64,000 nt of DNA from Rhizophagus irregularis (taxonomy: Eukaryota), in assembly GCF_026210795.1 (NCBI RefSeq), contig NC_089429.1, positions 3,968,001 through 4,032,000 on the forward strand. Direction: 5' to 3'. Both the position numbers and the translations under genes were made by a program. Below are positions 44,721-56,600 of this stretch, piece by piece. Under the pieces are notes generated by a model. It was not told where the DNA came from, ran no database searches, and saw nothing but the letters and a program-made list of their open reading frames with translations. The number at the start of each line of letters is the position of its first letter. Position 1 is the stretch's first letter.

Positions 44721-44730
44721 AATTGAAGAT
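44721..44730 (+). promoter_or_regulatory. AATTGAAGAT upstream conserved motif (first of 7 in the element)
   Basis: The same or a variant motif lies upstream of each + strand element gene from 44773 to 60373. Confidence 0.65.
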
Positions 44731-44772
44731 TAGGTAACTATAAATTAGTACTCGATTTAATAGAACGAAAAA

Positions 44773-47344
44773 ATGACCACTCAAGCTCAAGTTATCCCCA
44801 AATTCGGTGAACAAACGAAAGCCTTTAGTATCAATGAGCTTAAACGGCTTATTGTCGCTGCAAAGAGTATGAGTGACCTCGATCAAGCCAAGAGGTATCT
44901 TTGCAGTTATTTCATTCCCTGTGCAGATCCTCATGGGGTTTTCTGGTGGGACCCGGATAGTAAAAGTTTGAAACACGTTATTGACAAAAATATTGGTAAA
45001 CTTATCCGTCCAATTATGAAGGTATTCTACACACAACCTGAACAAGGACCCTCTCAAAAGACCGAGTTCAACATCTACAAATGGTTTATGGTCGAGAATA
45101 CCGATGTATGTAATGCAACCTGTGATCCCCATAAACAGCGAATCTTCAGATCCTTAACCGGCCAACTCTATCTAAATATCTTCCCGGGATTCCTCCACGT
45201 CTTGCGTCCGATATCCACCTTTGAGTCTACAATTCACCTCGCGGTTAAATTTATCTTCTCTCACATTCAGGATATCTGGTGTTCGGGTGATTGGAATCTC
45301 ACTGAGTATATCATCAAGTGGTTGGCCGGTGTATCTGCTGGAAGGAAGATGTACTCGATCCTTTACCTGAAATCTGGACAGGGTTGGGGCAAAGGCATTA
45401 TAACAGATTTCATTCAGCGCAGCGTCCTAGGCACTCAACTCGTTTATAAGACCAGCGATCCTCAGACGATTCGTGGAAGTTTCAATGGGCAATTACAGGG
45501 TAAGATTCTTCTTCTTCTCGAGGAAATGCCCACGGAAAAAAGCCAGTGGAATAATCTGTATCGCTCTTTAAAGGATAAGGTAACGAGTGACATAATGGAA
45601 ATCCATGAAAAATACAAGACACCAACACATTATAAAAACTTTATGTCTACTATCGTCCTAACCAACGAAAATGCTCTCAGAGTGGATAATGATGATAGGC
45701 GCACAGTGTTCTTGGATGCGTCACCATCCCGCAAGGGAGACCTCAACTACTTCAAAAAACTCGGTGACGCTATGAAATACCCAGGCGCCAGTGAGGCATT
45801 CTATGCTTATTTGAGAGCCATTGCGAATACTTACTCAGACTTCAATGGAAATCCGCCACCCATGACAACATCCAAACAGGAACATATCATCTCAACTCTT
45901 CCACCGCTATTCCAATTTATAAAGGACACATACCTCATAGTGAAAAATTATATGACCGACCTACCTGTTCAAGAATTTTATAGGGTATATACTTCATATT
46001 GCGAAACTCGTGGCATTACACCCTTATCAAAGATAAACGCTTCTAGAATCCTATCAAATGAGTTGAGTATAAATAGTAATCGGACTTATATAAATAAAAA
46101 GTTAACCCGAGTATATAGCATATCCAGGGAGGATCTTTACAATAAATACCTCGGCAAAAACTGGATCCACGAAACAGACGAGATAGATATAGAAGGAATT
46201 GATATAGAGACTTCTAAGAAACCCGCATCAGACCCCAAAGCCTTGGAAAAGTTCTTGGCAAATATATATAATCCAGCTAACAATCCACAAGACGTACAAG
46301 AGAAACCCGCTGAGAAAAAACCCGCTGAGAAAAAACCCGAACCCGCCGAGGAAAAACCCGCTGAGAAAAAACCCGCTGAGAAAAAACCCGCTGAGAAAAA
46401 ACCCGAACCCGCCGAGGAAAAACCCGCATCTGTAATTCGCAAGACTCCTCCACCGCTTCCACCCAAGCATGACCACTTAAAAGAACGTCCACAAGAGTTA
46501 AGGGAAGAACAACCGGATCCCGATGAAGATACTAGTGAGTCAAACACCGATGAACCTATAGATAACTTCTCAGACTGTTATCTATCTGACGAGGAACCCA
46601 ACCAAGAAGAACCTATCCCCGAGCCAGATAACTACGACGTTTTAGATGACTTGCTATCTGACTCAGATTTTACAACTGTAAACCCAGCTCCTGAACAACA
46701 ACCCGAGTATCCCGCAGAATCTTCTGCATCTGTCACTAAGCCTGACCCAGAACCGGCTTCTGAAGAGCAATTTATCCCAGAACCCGACACAGAACCAGAA
46801 GTTGACCGGGATCCTGAACCAAAGGGAAGGCACTCGAGCGCACTGGGCTTGGCAAGAAAGACACCGATGGGATCGCAAACCATGGGTTAAAAATTTAAAG
46901 GACCAGGTCTTCAATGATCTCTACAATACAGGTAAGGAATTATGGGCCAAGTACCAAGATGCGTCAGACGAATATGACTGGGAAATACTCGCGTTTGAAA
47001 TAGAGGAATGTCCCACAACGCGTATTGAGGACGAGTACCAGTACTACCTTATGGAGGTAGTAGACCGCTTCAAGGACTGGATTGAATATAATGGATACTT
47101 ACCTAAAATACCTAGCCGTAAAGAACTCGCAGATTTAATAAGAATATACAAGGAGAATCGTAATGCCGAGATTATTCCCACCCCCTCTGGTTATGAAACT
47201 ATGAGGGCAGATAAGGGAAAAGCGCGAGAGATCCCTGAGGAACGTCCAAAAACTGATATGGAACGTGAATGGGAGGCCGCCAATGGAATCATCGATGACT
47301 GGGACGAAGAGGATACTGAGGGCGCTATCAACGACATATTGTAA
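44773..47344 (+). CDS. SF3/D5-like helicase with winged helix and acidic Pro-rich tail (frameshift near 46822)
   Basis: Walker A SGQGWGKG, Walker B LLLLEE, motif C VLTN, DDRR; wHTH-like region 45913-46170; ORF 46802-47344 continues it after PEPK. Confidence 0.85.
46300..46427 (+). repeat. Coding minisatellite (KPAEK / KPEPAEE)
   Basis: 15-bp units AAACCCGCTGAGAAA and 21-bp variants in tandem. Confidence 0.9.
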
Positions 47345-47429
47345 GCGCTATTTGAGATTATTTCTTTTTTTTTTCGTATATATATAGAAAGATATTATTT
47401 ATAGTTGAAGACAAATCATATACATAAAA

Positions 47430-49284
47430 ATGCAATACTCAAGAATTGCCCGCACTTTACCAACACGACCTGACATCAAGGAACTTCAGTATTCCGGTGC
47501 TCGCTTTTCCAGAGGAGCTATCGCCAGACTCGGTCAGACTCTCCAGACGCGATTTCCAGATAGAAAGTTCCAGATCCCTACTTCCCTATGAAAACTGGAA
47601 ACCCGGTGGATGGACATCAGGAAACCAACCAGCCAGCCTCTTTTCACTATTAGACCATTATGATGAAGCACAACTACCGGATGACGCAGACCCTGATTAT
47701 TTTGAACGATTCATAATTTATGCAAGAGATAGTCCACCGGCCGCAGGAGGATGCAATGGGGAGCTAAATGATTGCCTGTATGAATGCCTAAAAAATATTT
47801 ACGGCACATTCTCTAAAATGCCAAAGTCAATCGAAAAGCCCGAGTATATCAAAAAGGCATTAGGTCTCAATCGCGATGCTCCCATCCCAGTTTCATGCAT
47901 GGACAAGGTTGAACAACTCGCAGGAAGTCTCGCAATTAATATTGTGGGGGACATTACCCGAATCTCTAAGAGTAAGTCCGATAGACGTGCGACTCTCATC
48001 CTGTCAGAAGGCCATTACTCCCTCGCGTTAAATCCCGGAAGACTCCACTCCAGTAAATTAGATAAAAAGCGTAATTTACCCATTGTATACCATGAAGATG
48101 GGACCAATAATGTAGTCACAATATACAACGGCAAAACGGTTAAGTCTTGCACAATTGCGCAGTTTCAAAAAACTAAGAATTCCAAAAGTTCTTTCATCCC
48201 CGTCAAGAAAAACCGTAAGACTGGAGTATATGAAACTCTTGAAGAAGCATATCAGAGAATCCACGAGGAGCGGAATTCCTTTCTACAGGAGACAAAGAAG
48301 TTCGGTTTAGGAATCGACTTATCATACCATAACTGGTCTTACAAAAGAACGGCTCTCTGGTTATTCGAACGATTAAGTGTAGGGATTCCAGCCAATGATC
48401 CTCTTGACCCGATAGAAGCAGAGTGGTTAAGTGATGCAATGATGGGAGGATTAATCTGGGCAGATAACGAGTGGAAGGGCTATGGAAGACAGTACGATGC
48501 AACAAGTTTATACCCGAGTATTCAACAATCGAATGCAAACTTTCCAATCAGACGGGGTAAATTCCAGACACTTAATGACTTTGTTGACCACAGGGGTTAT
48601 GCCTTGTATGGATTATTCCGTGCCAAGGTAAGTGGGAATAATATTCTCTTCCGACAGAATAAAAGGGGAATCTATACATTCATCGACTTACAACGAGCAA
48701 AAAAACTTGGTCTCAATATACAGTTAATACAGGATGGGAAGCCAAATGCATTGATATACGATAGAGAAGCGAGAATCCCTGGAACTGTAATATTCGGTGA
48801 GTATGTACACTTCCTCTTCAAAATTAAAAACCAGGGTGGCGTAGCTGGCCGCGTGGCAAAGCGAGTCCTCAACACATTATGGGGAGCATTATGCCAGAGG
48901 AAGCGTAATTACAAGACACTCACCGCAGATCAAACAGACCCGTTTACATTTCCAGAGGGCCATACACTCGACTCTATCATACCAGTAGGATCTGACCAGT
49001 GGCGATTCCAGTTCACAAACCCGGGTAATCCCTTCAAAGGTGAGTATCCCAGGATCGCCCCATTCTTATTAGCACGTGGTCGCAAAATCACATCTGAGGC
49101 AATTCAACCATACAAGGATAAAGTACGACGTATCCATACGGATGGATTTATTTTAGAAGAGCAGCCAGATAGCCCCGCGCTTTTCACTTGTTCAGAGAAT
49201 GCAGATACGACTCTAAAGACTTTCAAGTTTGAAACCGCGGGATACTGCCATGTGAAAAATGCGAACAAGGTTATCTGGACATGA
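47430..49284 (+). CDS. Protein-primed family B DNA polymerase-like protein with putative vOTU domain (frameshift near 47577)
   Basis: MMGG, motif A YDATSLYPS, motif B KRVLNTLWG, motif C IHTDGF; ATG at 47430 (MQYSRIAR...) joins LLPYENW after one extra base. Confidence 0.8.
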
Positions 49285-49377
49285 TTGCTAAGAACTGGTA
49301 GGTTTATTTTTTACTGACATATCGTGATGGCATAATTGAATAAACCTATGGGATATGTAATCTTACGAGATACCCAA

Positions 49378-49872
49378 ATGCAAAACACCGACGGATTAGG
49401 TAGACAAGACGATGAAAGTTTCCACGCGTGGGCTAAGCGCATTCAGAATGCTGTGCAATATTATGAGACTTGTAGTAGAATAGGTTTTCATAGGCGGCTA
49501 CCTTATCCAAGGTCTCGTCAAGCTGTATATGCTTATATTGTGCACATTAGGAGAATAGTATCACGACTACCAAATAGGTGGTACTGTACCTACTGTAAAT
49601 CTTTTATTGATCGCGGATGGGGAGCTGACGCTTTCATGGATCAAGCGGTGCGACTACATTTATATAGTTGCCCAAAGCATTTTAATTTCGACTATTATAC
49701 TCATCATGCTGAAATGATCCAGAATGCCTTTAGGAGATATATAGAAAGAAGGAACAATAAAGCGGCTAGGATAATCCAGAAAGTCGCTATCCCCTGGTTA
49801 TATAGACCAGGCTCTCCATTGATGCAAAAGGCCGAGCGACGCTTCTACTGTCTTGCAGTATCCCAAGTGTAA
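49378..49872 (+). CDS. Zinc-finger-like and IQ-motif protein
   Basis: CTYC...H...C; IQNAFRRYIERR and AARIIQK; ATG 49378 lies downstream of AATTGAA at 49334. Confidence 0.6.
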   Translation: MQNTDGLGRQDDESFHAWAKRIQNAVQYYETCSRIGFHRRLPYPRSRQAVYAYIVHIRRIVSRLPNRWYCTYCKSFIDRGWGADAFMDQAVRLHLYSCPKHFNFDYYTHHAEMIQNAFRRYIERRNNKAARIIQKVAIPWLYRPGSPLMQKAERRFYCLAVSQV

Positions 49873-49954
49873 ACCCTGAGGTTCATATTTATTTTTTCTC
49901 ATTCGAATGAACAGGTAACTGAAGATTTATATTTTTTACAAAGTACAAAGAATC

Positions 49955-50425
49955 ATGTCAACATATACCGAATTCGCAAGCATTGTTAACAGCACTGACA
50001 GCACTAGTGATGAGGTTATTTACGAGGCATCGCGCATTCAGCCTAGTGTTATCACTGACGAAACTGTCCCCAAGATTATCCGCGCATTAAAAGATACTAT
50101 AGTAGTCGCATTAGTATCTGGGTTTAGCAAAACCAGTTACCTCGTCCAGGACCACGTGAAGTATATCAAGCGAATCCAAACGGCAAATTCTCCTGTATCA
50201 TATGTGAAGTTCGTGGCCAGAAAACTCTTCCCAGATAATGCGGCATATACTGCTAAAATAGCAAAAATCCGCGAATCATACAAGAATAAACAAGCTCTCC
50301 TAGATAAGCTTGAGGCCCTCTTCGAATTGTATTATAATGCGACTAAGGACTCATCAACCGGTCCCCCAAAGCGAGCTATTACTAAAAACGAGGCTGAGAA
50401 AACCTTAACAGAACTTCTTGCATAA
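49955..50425 (+). CDS. Hypothetical helical protein (156 aa)
   Basis: Intact ORF with upstream AACTGAAGAT and downstream TATTTTTT. Confidence 0.7.
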   Translation: MSTYTEFASIVNSTDSTSDEVIYEASRIQPSVITDETVPKIIRALKDTIVVALVSGFSKTSYLVQDHVKYIKRIQTANSPVSYVKFVARKLFPDNAAYTAKIAKIRESYKNKQALLDKLEALFELYYNATKDSSTGPPKRAITKNEAEKTLTELLA

Positions 50426-50538
50426 GCGGCTCCCTGTGGTCCTACGATCCCTAGTACGAATTTAGTCTATATTTTTTATCCATGTGTAATAGGCATACAG
50501 TAATTGAAGATAGACTATAGTATAAGTAACATAACATC

Positions 50539-50965
50539 ATGTTGGACCGATTACCAGTAGAAATAGTCGAACGCATTGTCGCAAAAGATCCCGGATACTG
50601 ACCTTATTGCAGCGAGTAAGGTAGATAGAGTGTGGTGGCGAGGAAGTTCGTCGAGAGGCGTATAAGAGGTGGAAAAATTATGCCACTACGATCGGGGATG
50701 TGTACTGTGAAATCGAGCTCTCGGAAAGCATTATATAAGAGGGAAATTGACTGGATAACGTTTGAAGATGTAAACGACCTCTATAAAAGATGGATAAACC
50801 AGCTGCACGAGGGGATCAGGCTTTATATTATGGAGAAAATGCTTAGGAATGGGATGGTCGTGGACCCCCCAAGAGAGAAACCATAGAGTATGCATTAAGT
50901 GAACAAAGATGGGGAGGCGATCCTTGGGGACTGGGAGTGGTATGAATGGACTCAACAGGAGTAAG
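50539..50965 (+). pseudogene. F-box-like protein, multiply frameshifted
   Basis: Reconstructed MLDRLPVEIVERIVAKIPDTDLIAASKVDRVWW; motif at 50502; downstream frames continue into ORF 50632. Confidence 0.6.
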
Positions 50966-51485
50966 CATTTTGTACTTGACTTTCGTAGGAATTACCCTGC
51001 AGAGTCATATTTTTTAGATCCGGCCGGCATTACCGCGTAATCCCGAATTACCGAAAAAGGAAATTTATGTTACACAAGGTTCCAAACGCATTCTTACCAA
51101 ATCGATTTTTTGTGGAACGGGTATCGCACAAAAAGGAAATGATCTACGTACCGCATGAAATCACGTGACACTCTACACATTTGTTCAGGGTATCACGTGA
51201 CATGAACTCCGTTCACATTTTCTGTAATATAATCCATAGTTTTCCATGAATGCTTTTTAGGCCAATAATCCAATAACTTATTCATCAGGTATCCTCGTGT
51301 TTTGCGACAAGGACTGATGACCATGTAACCTCATCATCAGGCATCCTCGCATTTTTTGACAAGGACTGATAAGGAATGATGATAGATCTCTTACCGCTGA
51401 TCTATTGACCAAAAATTTTCGGAAAGAAAATTTTATATCTTCGTACTAACAACTCTTATATTTTACCCAACTCATACCTTCTAAC

Positions 51486-53600
51486 ATGTCTAGAAACCTT
51501 GCTAGAAGAGGTGGCGGCAGCTATAACCCTAACAGTAATAAGGCTGCTCGTCAAGAAAAGAAAATAATAAAAAACAACTCTCTGATAACTCTGGTTCCGA
51601 TAGCGATAATAATTCCCAAAAACGTTCCCGTATACTTACAAAAGACTCCATGGATGAAGACTATGAAGATTTCGTTGCCGACGCGCCGGCTGACGGTGGT
51701 TTAGTTGGTTCAACTTCGACCGCTATTCCTCAACAAAATAATTCCCGCAGCACTGCCCAAGAAAATACTCAAGCTTCTACCCCGAAAAATTCTGCTGCGC
51801 CTACTGCGCCTGGCCAAGACGCGTCTTCTGGAGCTAACGCGTCTATTCATACACCTCGAAACAAAGAAAATAACCCATCCCCTAACGCGTCCCCTAATAT
51901 GGACGTTAATGATGGTACATCGCCCTGATCAGGCTGTTGATCCCTCCCCTACCATTACCATTAATCGTCAAGATTTCCTGGCTGCGGCTGCGCCCAACTC
52001 CGCTCCCCCAAACTCTTGAGAAACTTAAAACCAATAAGGCAATTATAGAAGCCGTTAACAACTTATTTTTAGAAACGTATGAATCATATACCGGTCGTGC
52101 ACGTATGACTGGCTCGGGGACGCTAAACGTCTTATCATACATTTTCATACTGCGGAAGCTCGTGACTTGTGTGTTGGTAGCACACATTCCGACTTTCCGG
52201 ACCTTCAATTCCACCTGTACGATCCCAAACAGCTCCCGGTCCGATGAAGACCTCCGTGCAATTCAAGTAACAGATATCCCGTTCTTCATTACTAAACCGC
52301 AACTCCAATCCTATTTCAAGAAGTTTGGCAACCTCCTTACCATCCATCTTTACTCGAGGAAAGGTGCTAAGATGCAACAAGCCCGCATTGTCTATGATCA
52401 TGCCGATGCCATTTCCCGTTTCACTACTCAATGGGCAGTTTACTGCTTTTCTACCCTGCTTGCGTGTTACCCCGTGCCACTACTCCTTGGATCAAAAAGC
52501 CGCTCGTAGAGCGTTCGTGTTGTTCTCTGGACTTCCCGCTAATACTAAAGATATTCATCTCGCTCCTCTGGTTAAAGAACATGGAGCAAAAGCAATTAAC
52601 ATTCCCTTTCCCCTGAATTCTTATAAACCTAAACCTTGGGCTTATGTCACCTTCAACTCGCAGGAAACAATGGATGCCGCTATGGAGCAAACTATTGGTT
52701 TTCAAGGTCGTACTCTTCGGTGGGGTTCATCCAATGATTCGAAAGCTCTTTGCCATCGTTGTGGTAAACTTGGTTGTGCTCCTACCTCTTGCCCGCTTAA
52801 TCAACGCCGTGGTCGCTCACGTACACGTGACCCTGTGGCTGCTCTTAAAGAACGTTTCAATATTGGCCAAAAGCCCGTCCAATAGAACGCACCGCGCAAT
52901 AATTCACGTTCTCGTTCTCGATCTAAATCTCGGGATCGTTCTGCTTCTGCTCACCGTTCTAATTCCAATTCCAATAGTTCTAATACTAATGGTAATAACA
53001 ATAATAATAACAAACCCCCCTCTTCTGGTTCGCCTGCCCATGGACGTGCACCTTCGATTACCCGAAAAGGCAAAGATAGATCTGTTTCTTTTTCGTCCAA
53101 TGCTCGTGCTCCGCTCTCTGATTCGAATTCTTCTAGTGCGCCTAGAGGCCGCTCTTAACATTCTTAATGTTCTAAAGAACCTTCAACAAGATGTTGCTCG
53201 TGTGGAATCCCGCATTTCCTCCCTTGAACTAAACAACCAACGGCTTTCTGCTATAGAAGGTCATTTAGGCATTAGTCCTCCCTCTGTACCTATCATTAAT
53301 TCTGAACCTGATCAAATGGAAGAAGATCCTCCCGAAATCACTGGCACTTTAATCCAACATCCCAATGCTCCCTCATCATCTTCTGGTTCTATGAAACCCC
53401 CTTCCCCTAAATCTATTTCCAACAAGGCTCCATAGCTCGCTTGCTACTTCTAACCCTTCCCAGCAAGACGAATTGAACTCAGTTATTCAAGATCAAAAGG
53501 CGATTAAAGATACTTTACAATCGCTCACTGGTTCCATTCAAGGTTTCATTGCTTCTCTTGGTGGTTCACCCTCCGATCGAGCTTCAGCTCCTTCGCAATA
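51486..53600 (+). pseudogene. LINE ORF1 (RRM-like domains + zinc knuckle), frameshifted
   Basis: IQVTDIPF..LQSYFKKFG, WAYVTFNS, CHRCGKLGCAPTSC, RS-rich and coiled-coil tail spread over several frames. Confidence 0.75.
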
Positions 53601-53649
53601 ACTGACTTCTCACCTTTTTTTCCCCGTACTTTATTATCATTGTGCTCTA

Positions 53650-56600
53650 ATGTCAGACAATTTTAATTATGATACATTTGTTCGAAACCCACCCAACCCC
53701 GTAGATACTTATATCTTTTCTGAACATGAATCTTTATTTACTACCCCAAATTCTTCCCCTATCCCTAATTCCTTTAATATTTCATCTTTTAATGTTAATG
53801 GTCTTCGCCATAATAGTCAAATTAAATTTGAACAAATCTCAAACTTTTTTAATCTTAAACATATTACCTTTGGTGGTATCGTTGATACCCATTTAACCCC
53901 TAAACAAATTCATTTCTTATCTAAACGCCTCCCTAATTATACTGTCTTTTCATCTGATATAGATAAAACCAAACAGGTCAATTCTACTGGTGGCGTCTCC
54001 CTTTTCATTGAAAAATCCCTTGCTTCCCATGTACAAGATTTTGTTTCACATTCCTCACGAATTTTATCTGTTGACCTTTATTTTAAAGGCAACGTTAAAT
54101 TTCGTATTTTTGTGATCTATATTCCCCCTATTTCTGATTCTAAATTACGATCAGAAACTATTGATCTTCTTTTACAACTTTTGGTGCAAACTAAACAACA
54201 AAAATTTTATCATGCCATTTGTGGTGATTTTAATATGCACCTAGATACCTATTACCCTATTTACTTTAATCGCCCTGCTACCGCTTCGCAACGATCATAT
54301 CGTTTGCTACATCATCTTTTATCTCATGGCTATGAAGAAACTATTCCTGTTAACGCTTCTGACTCCTTAGGCACCTTTCACCGTGATGACCAAGTTACTC
54401 GTATAGATTATGTTTGGTCTTGCCCAATGCTAAAAGGCTTCGCTCTCACTTCTTATATCTTTGACGCCCAAGACACCTGCTCTTCGGACCACAATCCTAT
54501 CATCACGTATTTTGATGATTCACTCTTGGTTGCGTCTATCAAGGTTGCTCGTGCTAAACAACTTCAACGACAGACTCGTCGCATTTTTAAATTTGATTCC
54601 GTCACTGCTCAGCAATGGGAATCCTTTTCTACTTGTACTGACTCCTTATGCAACGTTTCTCCTTCCACCTTTTCAACATGGCACATCAATCAACAATGTG
54701 AATATTTACATTCCCGTATCGTGAAAGCTGCTAATGCCTCTCTTCCGTCTGTCAGCGGTTGGCAACCAATTTACACCTACGATGCCTAAGGATTTGGAAG
54801 CTTTAACTCAACATTATCGTTTCCTCAGCCGTCTTCTGCATTCGATACGTTTATTGCGAAAATATCCTTCCACATATTATAATAGATATGAACGTACTTG
54901 GTCCGCTCATTTCATTCGACTTCAAAAGATTCTTCATCTTTATAAGAAGGTTATTCCTTCTCCCCCTATTTTACCTACTTCTTTATCCACATGTAGGCAA
55001 GACGATTTTAAATGTTTATTGGAATCTTTAAAGTCTATCTCCAATACCCTCCATGGTTTCCTTCTTCTCAAAGAAAAAGACTTTCAGGACTCTTCCATTC
55101 GTGCCAAATTGGACGATCGGGACAACAATTTTGAAACTGATATTTCTTCCTTTATTAATTCTGCTCTTTCAAGAACTCGACGCCGTATCACTTTGGATCG
55201 TGTCTTTATTGATTGCCCTACGCATCCCAAACTTTTAACGGACCCACTCGACATTGATAACGCTGTTATCAACCATTTCCAAAATTCCGTACCTATCAAA
55301 TCGACTCCTCCTATTAACATTTCTGCTTTACCGGAAAGATGGTCTTCCGCTTATCGCCCTATGGACGATGTGGATTCCTCCATTTATAATTCTTTATTGG
55401 ATCCTCCTACTCTGGACGAATGGTTGTCTACGGTCTCTTCTATGCCTAATGACAAAGCTCCTGGTCCCTCTATGATCACTTATGAGATGCTTAAGCATCT
55501 GGGCCCTAACACTTCCGCTTTGATCTTAATCCTGGTCCAATCATGTCTTCGTACTGCAGATATTCCTGATTTATGGCGTCAAGCTATGGTTTTCCCTATC
55601 CCTAAACCTCACGAATGGAAATGTCAACTCAAGAACACAAGACCTATTACTTTACTTGAAGTAATTAGGAAATCTTTGGTTAAACTTTTTTACAACCGTC
55701 TCGCTTCCATTTTGGCTTCAAATGAAGTGCTCAGAGGAGGAAACTTCGCTGGTCTGCCTGGTGGTTCTTGTCGCGACCCTATTGTCGTTTTTGAATCTAT
55801 TATCCATGATGCTCATGTCAACAAATCGCCGCTTTGGATCCTTTCGCAAGATATTTCGAAGGCTTTCGACTCGGTTGATCTCAAGATGTTGCGTTTCGCT
55901 CTTGAACGCATTAAACTTCCTGCTTCTGCTACAAAATTTATTTTATCCCTTTTCATGAATCGCTCCAATCGCGTTTTTACTGCTCATGGAACTACTCCTT
56001 CTTACCGTGTTCGAATTGGTATAGATCAAGGCGAAGTTATCTCTCCCTTACTTTGGGTTATATATATAGACCCTTTGTTAACTGTTCTTAAGAATGAAAT
56101 GATGGATCCGTATACGCTTCATGCTCCTTTATTATCTAATCCCTTGGCTATGACCAATTCTGATGGATTACGTATCAATAACTTGGTCTTTATGGATGAT
56201 TCCACTTTAATTTCATCATCCAAATCCGGAATGGAATCGATGCTCTCTATTACGGAAGAATTTTATCAAATTAATAATACTTCCGCTAATCACAACAAAT
56301 ATGTTTTAATTACTAATTCGTTGCCTTCCACTTCAGTTCCTTCACCTTCTCCTGTCGTGTTTGACTTACATTTATCTGGATTGAACAAAGTTCCTTCCAT
56401 TTCTATTGTGCCCATCTCCATGAATAGCTCTTTCCGCTTCCTGGGCGTCTGGTTCAATGTCGCTGGTTCTCGCGATTTTGTTAAAAAGCAAGTTGCTAGA
56501 GAATGTAACTCTTTCGCTGCTACCGTTCGTCCTGCCAAATTATCTGCTAAACAAGTTGTCTATTTGCACAACACCGTCCTTATCCCGAAATTGGAATATC

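Noticed and set aside
46137..46914. Minus-strand ORFs with GFFSA repeats
   Set aside because: They are the antisense shadow of the helicase KPAEK minisatellite.
47446..47577. TTG start and N-terminus given by the ORF track for the polymerase
   Set aside because: An ATG at 47430 downstream of the conserved motif, plus one frameshift, is the more plausible start.
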